Notes under the pieces: generated by a model | What the model was told of the DNA's origin: nothing | Database searches by the model: none | What the model saw: only the letters and a program-made list of their open reading frames with translations | Program-made: the position numbers and the translations under genes | Source of the DNA: Hypanus sabinus | Taxonomy: Eukaryota | Reading direction: 5' to 3' | Assembly (NCBI RefSeq): GCF_030144855.1 | Contig: NW_026781476.1 | Location: forward strand, 744,001 to 808,000 | Length of the DNA stretch: 64,000 nucleotides | Part shown: piece after piece, positions 35,658 through 49,499 of the stretch | Layout of the letters: each line of letters begins with the position of its first letter | Numbering within the stretch: position 1 is the stretch's first letter

Positions 35658-38588
35658 TATAACCATATAACAATTACAGCACGGAAACAGGCCTTCTCAG
35701 TCCTTCTAGTCCATGCTGAAAGCTTACTCTCATCTAGTCCCACCAACCTGCACTCAGCCCATAACCCTCCATTCCTTTCCTGTCGATATACCTATACATT
35801 TTTTTTTAAATATCGAACCTGCTTCTACCACTTCTACTAGAAGCTCCTCCACACAACTACCACTCTCTGAGTAAAGAAGTTCCCACTCGTGTTACCCTAA
35901 ACTTTTTCCCCCTAACTCTCAACTCAAGTCCTTGTGTTTCAATCTCCCCTACTCTCAATGGAAAAAGCCTATCCACATCAAATCCATCTATCACCATCTA
36001 AATTTTAAATACCTCTATTGAGTCCCCCCTCAACCTTCTATACTCCAAAGAATAAAGACCTAACTTGTTCAACCTTTTTCTGTAACTTAGGTGTTGAAAC
36101 CCAGGTAACATTCTAGTAAATCTTTTCCGTATTCTCTCAATTATATTGAAATCTTTCCTATAATGCGATGAACAGAACTGCACACAATACTCCATATTTG
36201 GCCTGAACAATGCCTTGTATAATTTTAACATTACATCCCAACTCCTATACTCACTGCTCTGATTTGTAAAGGCCAGCATACCAAAAGCTTTCTTCACCAC
36301 CCTATCCACATGAGATTCCACCTTCAGGGAACAATGCACCATTATTCCTTGATCACTCTGTTCTGTTGCATTCCTCAGTGCCCTACCATTTACCATATAT
36401 GTCCTATTTTGATTAGACCTACCAAAATGTAGCGCCTCACTCTTAACAACATTAACCTCCATCTGCCATCTTTTTGTCCACTCTTCTAACTGGCTTAAAT
36501 CTCTCTGCAAGCTTTGAAAACCTACTTCATTATCCACAACGCCACCCATCTTTGTATCATCTGCTTACTTACTAATCCAATTTACCGCCCCATCATCCAG
36601 ATCATTAATGTATATGACAAACAACACTGGACCCAGTACTGATCACTGAGGCACAACACTAGTCACCGGCCTCTAACCTGACAAACAGTTATCCACCACT
36701 ACTCTCTGGCATCTCCCATCCAGCCACTGTTGAATCCATTTTACTACTTCAATATTAATACCTAATGATTGAACCTTCCTAACTTCCTTCCGTGTGGAAT
36801 CTTGTCAAAGGACTTACTGAAGTCCCTATAGACAACATCCACTGCTTTACCCTCGTCAACTTTCCTAGTAACCACTTCAAAAAGTTCAATGCGGCTTGTC
36901 AAACATGATCTTTCATGCACAAATCCATGTTGACTGTTCTTAATCAGACCCTGTCTAATCAGATAATTATATATCATATCTAAGAGTATTTTCCATTAAT
37001 TTACCCACCACTGACATCAAACTTACAGGCCCATCATTGCTAGGTTTACTCTTAGAACCCTTTTTAAACAATGGAACAACATGAGCAATTCGCCAATCTT
37101 CCGGCACCATCGCCGGTTCTAATGACATTTGAAATATTTCCGTTAGAGCTCCTGCTATTTCTACACTAACTTCCCTCAAGGTTCCAGGGAACATCCTAAC
37201 AGGAACCAGAGACTTGTCCACTTTTATATTCCTTAAAAGCTCCTGTACCTCCTCTTCTTTAATTATCAGAGTTTCCATAACTACCGTACTTGTTTCTCTT
37301 ACCTTACACAATTCAATATCCTTCTCCTTAGTGAATACCAATGAAAATCATTTTTCAAAATCTCCCCCATAGCTGTCAACGCTGATTCTCTAAGGGACCA
37401 ATTCTATCCCTCACTATCGTTTTGCTATTAATATAACTGTAGAAACCCTTTGGATTCATTTTCACCTTACTTGCCAAAGCAGCCTCATATCCTCTTTTAG
37501 CTTTTCTAATTTCTTTCTTAAGATTGTTTTTACATTCATTATATTCCTCGAGCACCTCATTTGCTCCATGCTGCCTATATTATAGATCTCTCTCTTTTTC
37601 CGAACCATGTTTACAATATCTCTTGAAAACCATGGCTCACTCGAACTTCTAACCTTTCAACCTAATAGGAGCATAAAGATTCTGTACCCTCAAAATTTCA
37701 CCTTTAAATGAACTCCATTTCTTTGTTATATCCTTCCCATAAACTAATTGTCCCAATCCACTCCTAAATCTTTTCGCATCTCATCAAAGTTAGCCTTTCT
37801 CCAATCAAAAATCTCAACCCTGGGTCCAGTCCTATCCTTCTCCATAAATATATTGAAACTAATGGAATTGTGATCACTGGACCCGAAGTGCTCCCCAACA
37901 CATACCTCCATCACCTGACCTATCTCATTCCCAGCAGGAGATCCAACACTGCCACTTCTCTAGTTGGTACCTCCATGTATTGCTGCAAAAACCTATCCTG
38001 CACACATTTTACAAACTCGAAACCATCCATCCCTTTTACAGTATGGGCTTCCCTGTCGATGTGTGGAAAATTAAAATCAGCCACAATCACAACCTTGTGG
38101 TTACTACAAATATCTGCTATCTCCTTACAAATTTGCTCCTCCAATTCTCGCTCCCCATTATGTGGTCTATAATACACCCCTATAAGTGTTACTACACCTT
38201 TCCCATTCCTCAATTCCATCCATGTAGTCTCCCGAGACGAGCCCTCTAATCTGTCCTGTCAAAATACCACTGTAATATTTTCTCGGACAAGCAATGCAAT
38301 GCCTCACCCTCTTGGCCCTCCGATTCTTTCACACCTTAAGCAACGAAATCTAGGGATATTTAGTTGCCAATCACACCTGTCTTGCAACCATGTTTCACTA
38401 ATAGCTACAACATCATATTTCCATGTCTCAATCCATGCTCTAACCTCATCCACCTATCTGACAATGCTCGTAGCATTAAAATAAATGCATTTAAGAAACT
38501 CTCCACCTCTTCCTCTCTGCTTATCCCTAACGGTGCACGCAACTTTATTATCTTTTTGTTTTCCTTCTCTGCTACATCTTCGGTCTGA
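35658..38588 (-). mobile_element. CR1 LINE, ~2.9 kb, endonuclease + RT, frameshifted
   Basis: EN motifs GVYYRP, DFNFPHID, LDLLL; RT motifs PEDWRIAHVVPLFKKG, DVVYRDFSKSFDKIPH. Confidence 0.92.
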
Positions 38589-38594
38589 ACCCTC

Positions 38595-38970
38595 CTACAT
38601 CAGGGAGGAAGTTCAAATCACCTCTGTGTTAAAAGTCTAACCATCACGGTGACTGAAGGCAGCTGCAGGTTCATGAGGGACTGTTACTGTCAAATTCTGC
38701 AGTTCTTGCGGCTGCTCATCGCACCCAGGACGGAACCCTGGTCACTGAGCATTGGAGGAGTCTGTTCTGCTGATGTTAGTCTTAAACTAGACTGGTGTTT
38801 AATATTGTGGATCTGTGAAAGTTAAAACAGTTTTGTTTAAAATCCCGTGATTCAGGTACTTACTGTCTCTACCACACTCACAATGTCAACTAGAAAGGCC
38901 ACTCGGCCCATCTGGTTCCTGCCCATGTTTCTGTTCCATATCCGTATATCAAAATCTACCCCTGCCGTTC
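38595..38970 (+). pseudogene. 3' remnant of the decayed ZNF copy (paralog of 5205-5537)
   Basis: Near-colinear match: catcagggaggaagttcaaatca...ccatcacggtgactgaaggcagctgcaggttcatgagggactg. Confidence 0.75.
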
Positions 38971-40199
38971 CCCTCTCACTCTCCCTGAGGTGACAGGTTG
39001 CAACTAGTCACCACTCCGTGGAATAGAAGATTTCATAGAATCACAGAAATCTATTTTCCTAAGCTCCATGTACCTATCCAAGAGTCTCTTAAAAGACCCT
39101 ATTGTATCCGGCTCTACCACCGTCGCTGGCAGTGCATTCCACACACACACCACTCTTTGCTTAAAAAACATTGCTCTGATATCTCCTCTGCACCTACTTC
39201 CAAGCAGCTTAAACCTATTCTCCCTCGTGTTAGCCGTTTCAGCCCTGGGAAAAAGCCTCTGGCTATCCACACGACCAATGCCTCTCGTCATCTTATACAC
39301 CTGCATGAAATTCCTGCATGATTGTCTCCGGGCTGAATAAGACGATGAGCTCACTGTCGTTGTGACGTTCTCGCCCGTCGCCCATCTCACCACCTCCCCA
39401 CTCCCCCTCTCCTCTCCCTCTCCCCCTCCCCGTTCCCCCTCCCCTCCCTCTCCCCCTCCCCCTTCCCCCCTCCCCTCCCTCTCTCCCTCTCCCGCCCCCT
39501 CACCCTTTGTGTTTTACGTCAAAGACCTCAATCAGACACTAAAAACGCACTCGCAGTAAGCGAACCTGCGGTCTCGTAACACAATACACCTCTAAAGTCT
39601 AACAGCTGTCTAACAAGTGAATCTTCGATGGTGCAGAGTCAGAAACCAAAGAGTTGCCAGATTGAGTCAGGCTTTGGGGCTGCAATGAGAGTTGGGGTCT
39701 AGAGTTTACGAGGAGGAGGAATCAGACCAGCTGGATGTGGCTACAGAAGAAAGATTAGAAGCATTTGGAAATTGGTTGATCGAAAAAAAAGGTGGTTAAT
39801 TTCTGCAAAATACTGGTGGAAATCAACAGACAGCAATGGTGAAGAGGAATAAAAAGACAACGTTTACACCGAGCCCTTTTAGCATGCCTAGCCTGTGCAC
39901 TCCTCTACTTAGTTGCTGCTTGAACTGCAGAGTTCCTCCAGTATTTGTGTGTGTGCGTCTCTGTATTCCAAGCAACTGCAGAATCTGCTGTGTTTTATAA
40001 CTGCATTTTACTTTGGCATTCGATAGGCATTGATATTGAGTATATTGCTTATGGGAGCCGCTTTCTGCGGTAAAACAGCTGCAGATTTTTCGATGCACAC
40101 GAAAAAATAAGGTATGGACCTTGAACCGGTACCTGCACAAATCTTTAATGGCACCGTGATTACCCATAGGGCCATGAGTTAAAAATTTCGCCGTCGTTG

Positions 40200-40540
40200 A
40201 GGCACCGATGAAATGCGCAGGCGTCAGGCTGAGGACGTCCCCGAGTGTCACGCATGCGCATAGTACACTGAAGGCCTTGAAAATGTCGGATGGAGGTAAG
40301 AGTGATTCTCCGTGTTTTTCTCTGAAACACCGACTTCAGAACGATTCCTGTGAAATCCGGACATGACAGTCCGCAATCCCGGGACAGTCCTTCTCTCTTC
40401 CCTCTCTCTCAGCCTCACGATCCGTACACGGGCCCCGGGGAGCTCCCGGCTGATGAGTGAATGGGAACCGATGGATCTCTCAGACAGAGCTGAGCTCCAG
40501 CTATCTAAATGCAAGGATTAGGAACTCGGGAGAAAGGGAA
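40200..40540 (+). promoter_or_regulatory. Type-A promoter / first exon region of ZNF3
   Basis: tgcgcaggcg (~40213), acgcatgcgca (~40250) and candidate donor gag|GTAAGA at 40296; paralog of 7780-8100. Confidence 0.6.
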
Positions 40541-40779
40541 CAAAATCTTTTACATCACCAGTTGAGAAATTCGCCTTTGTTCTACCTCCGATCACTGACA
40601 GGAGAAAATCTGCAGATGCTGGAAATCCAACCAACACACACAAAATGCCGGAGGAACTCAGCATTAGTACTCTTTTCCGTAGATGCTGCCCGGCCTGCTG
40701 AGTTCCTCCAGCATTTTGTGTGTGTTGCTTGTTCCACCTCCTCTTGTTCTGGACTTTTCAACCCGTGACGACATGTTTT

Positions 40780-41353
40780 GTACCATTCTCTCTGGAAGAT
40801 AATGATATCAAACACCTTTGCCCTGGGCAACAAGTAGCTTTCACATCAAATGTGCCAGACTCCAGTGAGACAGACTACTGCCCTTCCCTTCATATTCATT
40901 GGGATTTCATTCACTGAGTTCAACACCGTCAGTCATTGGGGGAGACTTCAGGGGAAATATTTATGTACAATACAGAAACTGGTGATACCTGTGTGTATTG
41001 TGGTGATGCAAAAGTTGTTGGAGAGTTTACAAGAGGGAAGAATTGGAGTGCTATTTGGAAATCTGACTTTTTAAAGCATAATTTAGCAAGCAAACCACTT
41101 ATGGACAAAGTGCAAAAGCACTGGAGAGAAAATCCTTCATTACCCTTTACAGGCCTGTGACTTGGTGTGAGAGGGCAGATGAACTGAATCGAGCCCAGAG
41201 GAGATCACAGTTCTTACAGACAGTGATTTGCTGGCTGTTAAAATGAATACCTCTCTATATAAAATTCGCAGTGCACATGTCGTCACTGGGTAAAAGAATG
41301 CACAGTACAAGATTTCTGTGCACACTGGTGATTACAAATTAGAGGGGACATTG
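40780..41353 (+). mobile_element. hAT-like derivative (paralog of 8255-8860)
   Basis: TCVYCGDAKVVGEFTRGKNWSAIWKSDFLKHNLASKP and the end aattagaggggacattg. Confidence 0.5.
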
Positions 41354-43574
41354 GTGGGGAGAACTCCAGTGTCCCTGACACCCTCACCTACAAGATGTGC
41401 ACCCAGCTGCACTTTGAGGAGTTGGAGCTGAAAACGGATGAATTGTGGATCATCCAGCAGTTGGAGGGGGTGATAGATATGACATGAAGAGAGGTGAGTT
41501 ACACCTAAGGTGCAGGAGACAGGAAACTAGGTGAGAGACGTGAAGGGGAATGAAGTTAAATAGCCATCGCAGAGTACTCTTGTTGCCATCCCACACAACA
41601 GCCAGGTGGGCCGCTTTAGAAACTGTTGGGGATGGAGGGATTACCTGGCAGAGGAAAGTCAAACGGGTGATAGGGGATTCGTTAGTTAGGGGAACAGAAC
41701 AGAGGGGATAAAAGGTCAGTTTTGATGGTGTCAAAAGGACCTGACAAGTGTGGTTTGGGATAGGCCGTTTTCTGGCAAAGGAGTACTTGGTAAGTGGGAG
41801 GCCTTCAGAAGTGACATTTTTGAGAGTGTAGAGTTCGTATGCTGAAAGGTAACTGGTGCAGGGAGCCTTGGTTTTCAAGAGATATTGAGGCCCCCGATAT
41901 TTTGTTCCTCTAAATGCCTCAGACTGTTGGGTGCTACCAAGACTCATTAATGACAACAGTATCATAATTCCACCCCCGAGCTCATCGGACTTATTTTTAG
42001 TCGTCTTCTGTTGGTTTCTAAAAGCTTCCAATAGTTTTTGCTCTTTTGTTTGCCCTCTCTTTGGCTTTTATGTTGGCTTTGGCTTCTCATTTCAGCCACG
42101 GTTGTGTCTTCCTGCCTTTACAATGCTTCCACTTCTTTGGGATGTATCGATCACTCAGCTCCTGAATTGCTCCCAGAAACTCCAGCCATTGTTGCTCCGT
42201 TGTCACTCCTATCTTTCCCTTCCAAGCAAGTTTAGCCAGCTTCTGTCACAGAAACATGGAGAAGTTCAGTACGGAAACAGGCTATTTGCCCAATCCATTC
42301 AATGCCAAACAAACATTTAAACTGTCTAATGCAACTAACTGCACCGGGACCATCGCCCGCCATACCCCTACCATCCAGGCTCCCATCCAAACTTCTTTTA
42401 AATGGTGAAACCGAACTCATATTCACCACTTGTGCTGGCATCTCACTGCATACTCTCACGACCATTTCAGTAAAGAGCTTTTCCAAATGTTCCCATTAAA
42501 TTTTCACTTCCCCGCTTACCCATGCTCTATGGTTCTCATCGCACCCATCCTCAGTGGAAAAAGCTGCTTACCTGTACCCTATCTATACTGTCATAACATT
42601 GTCTATTCCCAACAAATCCTCAAAGATATGTATAATATCTTTGTTTATGTTTAGAGCCTTTTTCAGATGTATAGGATGATGAGGGACACTGATCGTGTGG
42701 ATAGCTAGAGGTTTTTACCCCAGGGCTGAAATGGCTAATGTGAGGGAGCATAGTTTCAAGGTGCTTGAAAGTTGATATGGAGGGGATGTCAGGGGTAACT
42801 TTATTTACACTGAGAGTTGTGGGTGCATAGAACGGATTGCAGGCTATTTGTGTGAGAGTGTTTCAGTTACTTTGGGGCCAGGAACCCATGCAGCTCAGTG
42901 GGAACAGGGAACAATACCAACGGAGAGAGTCAAACTGAGCCAGGTCACAGATTGGAGACGGCATTCTTAAAGAGACAGGAAGAGCATCAGGGAATTGATG
43001 GTCATTCCAGATACCAGCACTGTGCCCAGTTAAAGGTGATTTCTCTCTCCAACTTGGGTTAAACTTCACTGAAACAGTGTGATGCCAGCTCACACCTTGA
43101 CAACTCAAGGAATCTCATCTGAAATGTTGTCCTACACCCATTGATGGATTTTGTAAATCTTTTTACAGGTTAAAAATGACAAGGAATTTGCCTACGGGAA
43201 TCTCGAACACAACACGCTAGTTTTGCTATCTCTGTCCAGATATTTAAGAAGTGGAGCAAGAGATTCACTCGATCATCCTTCCTGCTCAGACGGTAGGTAG
43301 GGATTCACTCAATCATCTGACCAACTGACATGCCTATTAGTTTACATGGGGGGAGCCCATTCATCTGCTCAGACAGTGGGAATGGATTCACTCGGTCATC
43401 TCAACTGAAGGTACATCAGCAAGTTCACACTGGGCAAGGCCATTCACCTGTTCTGTGAGTGAGAAGGGATTCAGTTGGTCTTCCCACCTGCGGACACACC
43501 AGTCAGTTCACACTGGGCAGAGGCTGGTCATCTGAGGAATTTGTGGAGAAGGATTGACTCGGTCATCTGTCCTA

Positions 43575-45032
43575 ATGGCTCACCAGCGAGTTCACACCGG
43601 GGAGAGGCCGTTCACCTGCTCGGACTGTGGGAAAGGATTCACTTCCACATATAAGTTACTGAGACACCAGTCAGTTCACACCGGGGAGAGGCCATTCACC
43701 TGCTCAGACTGTGGGAAGGGATTCGCTCAGACATCTCAACTGAAGGTACATCAGCGAGTTCACACTGGGGAGAGGCCATTCACCTGCTCAGACTGTGGGA
43801 AGGGATTCGCTCAGTCATCTCAACTGAAGGAACATCAGCAAGTTCACACTGGGGAGAGGCCATTCACCTGCTTGGACTGCGGGATGGGATTCATTTCATC
43901 ATATAAGTTACTGAAACACCGGTCAGTTCACACCGGAGAGTGGCCGTTCACCTGCTCAGACTGCGGAAAGGGATTCACTGAGTTACCTCAACTTCAGGTA
44001 CATCAGCGAGTTCACACCAGAGAGAGGCCATTCACCTGCTCAAACTGTGGGAAGGGATTCGCTCAGTCATCTCAACTGAAGGTACATCAGCGAGTTCACA
44101 CTGGAGAGTGGCCAATAACCTGCTCGGACTGTGGGATAGGATTCGCTTCGTCATCCCATCTGAAGATACATCAGCGAGTTCACACTGGTGAGAGGCCGTT
44201 CACCTGCTCAGACTGTGGGAAGGGATTCACTTCATCATCCCATCTGAAGATACATCAGCGAGTTCACACTGGGGAGAGGCCATTCACCTGCTCAGACTGT
44301 GGGAAGGGATTCATTTCATCATCCCATCTGAAGGTACATCAGCGAGTTCACACTGGGGAGAGGCCGTTCACCTGCTCGGACTGTGGGAAAGGATACTCTC
44401 AGTTATCTCAACTGAAGGCACACCAGGGAGTTCACACCGGCGAGTGGCCAATCACCTGCTCGGACTGCGGGAAGGGATTTGCTTCGTCATCCCATCTGAA
44501 GATACATCAGCGAGTTCATACCGGAAAGTGGCCAATCACCTGCTCAGACTGTGGGAAGGGATTCCCTTCGTTATCCCAACTGAAGATACATCAGCGAGTT
44601 CACACTGGTGAGAGACCATTCACCTGCTCAGACTGTGGGAAGGGATTCACTCGATCATCCCATCTGCAGATACATCAGCGAGTTCACACTGGTGAGAGGC
44701 CGTTCACTTGCTCAGTCTGTGGGAAGGGTTTCACTTCGTCATCCCAACTGAAGGTACATCAGCAAGTTCACACTGGGGAGAGGCCGTTCACTTGCTCAGA
44801 GTGTGGGAAGGGATTCACTCGGTCATCCCAACTACTGGCACACCAGCAAGTTCACACTGGGGAGTGGCCTTTCACCTGCTCAGAATGTGGGAAGGGATTC
44901 ACTAAGTCATCCACCTTACTGGTACATCGGCGAGTTCACACTGGGGAGAAGCCGTTCACTTGCTCAGAATGTGGGAAGGGATTCACTCAGTCATCCATCC
45001 TAAAGGCACACCAGCGCCTTCACACTGGGTAG
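43575..45032 (+). CDS. ZNF3: C2H2 zinc-finger protein, 485 aa from the conserved ATG, 17 intact fingers
   Basis: 28-aa repeats; acceptor ttttacAG ends at 43168. The ORF track starts at TTG 43554, but the ATG shared by all paralogs is at 43575. Confidence 0.92.
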   Translation: MAHQRVHTGERPFTCSDCGKGFTSTYKLLRHQSVHTGERPFTCSDCGKGFAQTSQLKVHQRVHTGERPFTCSDCGKGFAQSSQLKEHQQVHTGERPFTCLDCGMGFISSYKLLKHRSVHTGEWPFTCSDCGKGFTELPQLQVHQRVHTRERPFTCSNCGKGFAQSSQLKVHQRVHTGEWPITCSDCGIGFASSSHLKIHQRVHTGERPFTCSDCGKGFTSSSHLKIHQRVHTGERPFTCSDCGKGFISSSHLKVHQRVHTGERPFTCSDCGKGYSQLSQLKAHQGVHTGEWPITCSDCGKGFASSSHLKIHQRVHTGKWPITCSDCGKGFPSLSQLKIHQRVHTGERPFTCSDCGKGFTRSSHLQIHQRVHTGERPFTCSVCGKGFTSSSQLKVHQQVHTGERPFTCSECGKGFTRSSQLLAHQQVHTGEWPFTCSECGKGFTKSSTLLVHRRVHTGEKPFTCSECGKGFTQSSILKAHQRLHTG

Positions 45033-45272
45033 AGACCAATATGCTTGGACTTTGGGAAGAAATTCTCTCAGCCAAAACAACCAGTGTGCATCATTGAGTT
45101 CACACTGGGGAGAGGCCGTTCATCTGCTGTGAATGTAGGAAGCAATTCACTCAGTCATCTAATGTTATGTAGCTTCCAGTTGTGCTGGCAGCTTAACAGA
45201 GGGGGTTATAGCCCCCAGTCTGGCCAAACTGAAGAATCTCGTTTGGGTGGATACTGAGCGATGTGTCCCCTG

Positions 45273-46240
45273 TGTAATCTGCCCTTGGGGTTCATACTCT
45301 CTGTGGACTGTCTCTTTAAAGTGCAAAGAGAACCGAGACTGACCTTGGACACGCTGTTGGATTTCTGCAGAAGTGCTGGGTTGCTATGGTGACCAGCTAA
45401 TGTTTATGTTCTGTGTGGTTAAGCAAGGTCAGAATGATCCTTTACCAACACAGAACAAGCAAGCGACTTCTTACAGAGAAGTCTATTATCCCCCCTCCCC
45501 CCCATCTTGTGAACTAAATTGAATCTACCACATCATTGTAAGACAATGTCGTTTACCACCTTGGTTTTGGATTTTATATACAGGTGGCTCCCGTTTTTCG
45601 GACGTTCGCTTTACGACAGCTCACTGTTACGAAAGACCTACATTAGTACCTGTTTTTGCTAACCAAAGAGGATTTTCACTTTTACGATAAAGATGATGCC
45701 TGCTTTATACGTGAGTTTACCCCGAGAAAGACTAGGGTGACCGTGAAGCCTTGTGCGGCAGTTGTGTACGCATGCGTGCACGTGCCGATTTTTTTTCTCT
45801 CCAAATCGATTTCAGTTCACTATCTTCCCGATTTTCAGTGAAACTACACCGTACATACAATATTTCTACTTTATCATTCCTACTTTTACTATAGGTTAGT
45901 GTTATTTTAGGTTTTATGTGCTATTTGGTATGATTTGGTGGGTTTTCTTTGGGTCTGGGAACATCCAAAATCTTTTCCCATTTAGATTAATGGTAATTGC
46001 TTCTTCACTTCATGACATTTCGGCTTACAAATGGTTTCATAGTAACACTCTAGCTTTAGATACCGGGGGAAACCTGTATTCACACCTATATATGCATAAC
46101 ATTGCTAACCCTTGGATTATCTGGTTTAAGTTCACTATTATTAGTAGTTACCAATAAAATTTTGTTTGTTAACTGCAAAACTAGACTCCAAGTGTGTTTA
46201 ATTGTTGCTGGTAGTTTTATTGGTTTGCGTCTGTGTGACA
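45273..46240 (+). mobile_element. Gypsy solo LTR with 4-bp TSD
   Basis: TGTAAT...GTGACA termini and TSD cctg (45269-45272 / 46241-46244). The 5' part resembles the LTR at 15365 (ctgtggact...tttaa). Confidence 0.8.
45581..46076. mobile_element. Tc1/mariner-pogo (Tigger-like) MITE
   Basis: TA|caggtggctcccg ... cgggggaaacctg|TA imperfect TIRs with TA target duplication. Confidence 0.7.
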
Positions 46241-46559
46241 CCTGAAGTAACAAATTGTACATAATATGTGATTAAACTATTAAGATTTATAATTCTTACT
46301 TTGACCAGAGGGTTAGTAAAGAAAACAAAAAAAAAGAAAAAGGGCCCAGTCTCTCCATTCACGTCTTCTCATCTCTCCCCAGCAAAAGGCCATGAAAATC
46401 TCTCTTCCAGACTCACAAGAAAGAACATTTCTCTCATTGGATAGTCCCACACTCCAAAACCCTGTTATCTCTAGTCGTAACCTAAACATTGCTGCTGCAG
46501 GGAAGCCATTACCTCAGCAGTGAAACCTTACAGTGTGTTACACTTGTGACACACTACCA

Positions 46560-46815
46560 GGTTCAAACTGGGGAGATAGTTTCAATGAGCTGCATGCTGG
46601 ATATTTGTCCATCACCGTTGCTGAATGCAATTTCGAGAGCGACTATTGCTGCTGAAATCTGCAATTATTGCTGCTGCTCACCACACCCAGTTCTGCACCC
46701 TGGTCACTGGGCATGGGAGGTGTTTCTTCTGCTGCACATTCACCTTTAATGGGGCTGGAGTTTAATATTCTGCATCTGTGACAAATAAACCAGTTCTATT
46801 ATAAACTCTGTCTTT
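46560..46815 (+). terminator. Conserved 3'-UTR block with polyadenylation signal (ZNF3)
   Basis: Matches 34730-34935 (tgctgctcaccacacccagttctgca...caAATAAA); AATAAA at ~46783. Confidence 0.6.
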
Positions 46816-49499
46816 GGTGCTTAGTGAATTTATAACACAACTGGTGTACTCAGGCCTGCTGAACCCGGCCAGTGAATCTGTTCCACATCAGTCCATTTAA
46901 ATCCTCCCCTGTTGTTTCCCTTGAATTCTCTGCAGACTGAAAAAGTCGAGATGACTGCAGTTCTAATCTCTGGGCTGATGAAGAATGACATTGTTCGTTA
47001 ACCTCCTTAATCACAACTTATTTCCACATTATGACTCATTTTCGCTGCTTCTAAAGGGTTGTTGGAAACACCACTGTCCTCTAAAGACTTAAATTGGAAT
47101 GGGAAACCATAAGTAGGATGTTCAAAGGAGCAGGGTCAGAAACCAGAGGCGGGTCTGCACAGGGCAGAGTTTGGGACTCTGGACGATGGTTCTGGTAAGA
47201 ACGTATGATGAGGAGAAAGGAATCAACAGTGGGGCATGGCAACGAATGACAGAGTAGCAACACTTGGACGTTAATTGGCAGACAAAATAATTTTGTTATC
47301 TGACTGATGAACAATGCCTGTGGTGAGAGGCCCCATTGGTCGAGGCACATGTGTGTGTTGAGAATGGTTATACCTATTGAGGGAGTTATTCTTGCTTGTT
47401 TATCCTGTAATATTATATCTGAATGGTTATTTGAGATGATCCTATCTCTAATAATGTATTAATTATCATATAAATTGTGAGATTATGTCCTTAACTGAAT
47501 CAGGCTTGAATTTATAGTGCCTTAATGAAGTTACCGTGGTCATTCATCCATTTGTATTTTAAAGCAAGATTTTGGTGAATGACATTTTCCACTTGATTGT
47601 ACCTGCATAAGTAATCAGACTGAGTTAAACTGCTGTAGGATCCTGGAATGTGTTGGATTGTGTCTGGTGTCTCTTGGCATTTTCTGCATTTAGTGTCTTG
47701 CTTGCTTGAATTCCATGTATTTCAGATTTTTTTCTTTTTCTTAAACACCTTGTCCTGTATTTCTGCAAGGAACCCCGCTGATTCTGGGAAGGGATCTCCA
47801 ACTCTCAGTCAGGTGCTCGATGCTTCCTTCACACCATCTAGTCTGCTCAGATCGTTGGGATGTCTCCCATGGAGGGTCATACTCATTCCACTGGTTAATG
47901 TTTTCTTCCAGAGTGATGACTTATTGTTCTGAGTTGGCCTCTCATTTAAATTTTCTGGTCTGTATTTCTTATCACGATTGCATATACACACATGGAGTGC
48001 TGAATCCTGTTTATTTTTGATGAAAATATATATTTAGGTTTTATCTGACTGTTGTGTGATTTTTTTTTCATGTGTGTTATTCCTGTTCCTCCTTGTGTCC
48101 AAGGTAGTCGTTAATCTAAGTGGGACTTCGTGTAAATAGACTTTTCTAAAGTCTCTTCAGTTCTTATTTGTCTTTGTAAATTTTACTGATTGAAATGGGA
48201 CCAAGATATTTTCATTAAAAAAGTCAATCTCGGTATTGATGCAAGTGTTTATTGCCTTTGTTGTATTTGTTTCCTATTGAGCTCTGTTTGGCAGGTTTTT
48301 TTGAAGCCATGAACTAAATTTTGTCAAAGGTTTTATGGATTTCACACTACTTTCTATTGTCTTTGCTTGTTGATATTCCAGATACGTGGGTATCGAGTCA
48401 TAAAGAAGAGTCTTGGCCAGGAATGTTGATTCCCATCCATAGATGCTGCTTGACATGCTGAGCTCCTCCAGCACTTTATGTGTCGTTCTCTCCATTTCTG
48501 GCATCTGCAGGTCCTCTCGTTTCCCAGATACTTATATGTTTCTTGAAATAACGAGCCGGTAGTAGGGCTGTGTGGCTCTTTTGGTAAAATATTAAATAAA
48601 CTCATTATAACGAGGTTGTAAAGGGTTGGAAGATGTAGAATCTCTAGGTAGAATAATCGCCCCCTGTGGTGGGGATTTACAGACATTCACCACCCTCAGA
48701 GTGGAAACAATTCCCCTCATCTCAGTCCCGGGCAGTTCACCCCCTGTTTCAGAGACTGGGATCCCTAGTTCAACCGGTAATGAAGTTGTGCATGTCAATG
48801 TTCACCTCTCAGTCCTCGATACTCTAAATGAAAGGGTTATCACATTTGATCTTTCTTCATATGATGACCCCACCACACCAGGGATCATTCAGGTGAATCT
48901 TCATTGCACTCTCTATAACAAATACTCTCTAACCTCTTTGTTAATCCTCTATGGAATTTCCATATTCTTCAGCCCCGTGTTGCCCCAACCACTCACCTCC
49001 CACCCCTGTCACTATTTCCACCTTCCCACCTCCCCCCTCACCTGGATCCACCTCTCACTCCCCGGCTCTTGCCGCATCCCCACCCCTCACCTCTTTTCTC
49101 TGACTATTTCCCGTCCACTCTCGGTCCAGAGGGAGGGTCTCGGCCCGAAATGTTGACGGTCCATTTCCCTCCACAGATGGTGTCCGACCCACTGAGTTCC
49201 TCCGGCAGTTTGTTCTTTGGTCTGTAAACCCGTGTTAGTGTGGGGAGCGGGATTTTACACCATATTCCAGGTACAATCTCAACAAAGCCCAAATAATTGT
49301 CACTTTGCCCGGACCATTGGCCCCGCTTGCAGGGCAACAGTCTGCCGGTGTTTGCCCCCCATGTGGTGAATCCCTCTGCTCGACACCACCGTGGGCTCAG
49401 ATATTTCCACAGATGAGCCCCTCCTGTCCCCACAGGGACAAACATCCTGTCCGCCCCCTCTCACACCATCTTCATCCTTTCAATAAAATCCCTCCCTCC

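Larger units (their letters stand above)
45163..46542. mobile_element. LTR-like insertion splitting a terminal degenerate finger of ZNF3
   Basis: TGTTA...TGTTACA termini. The flanks rejoin as ...FTQSSN|LVTHYQVQTGE. Confidence 0.6.

Noticed and set aside
47560-48360. Possible old L1/Tx1 endonuclease remnant on the - strand
   Set aside because: Only scattered motif-like words; too degenerate to call without an alignment.
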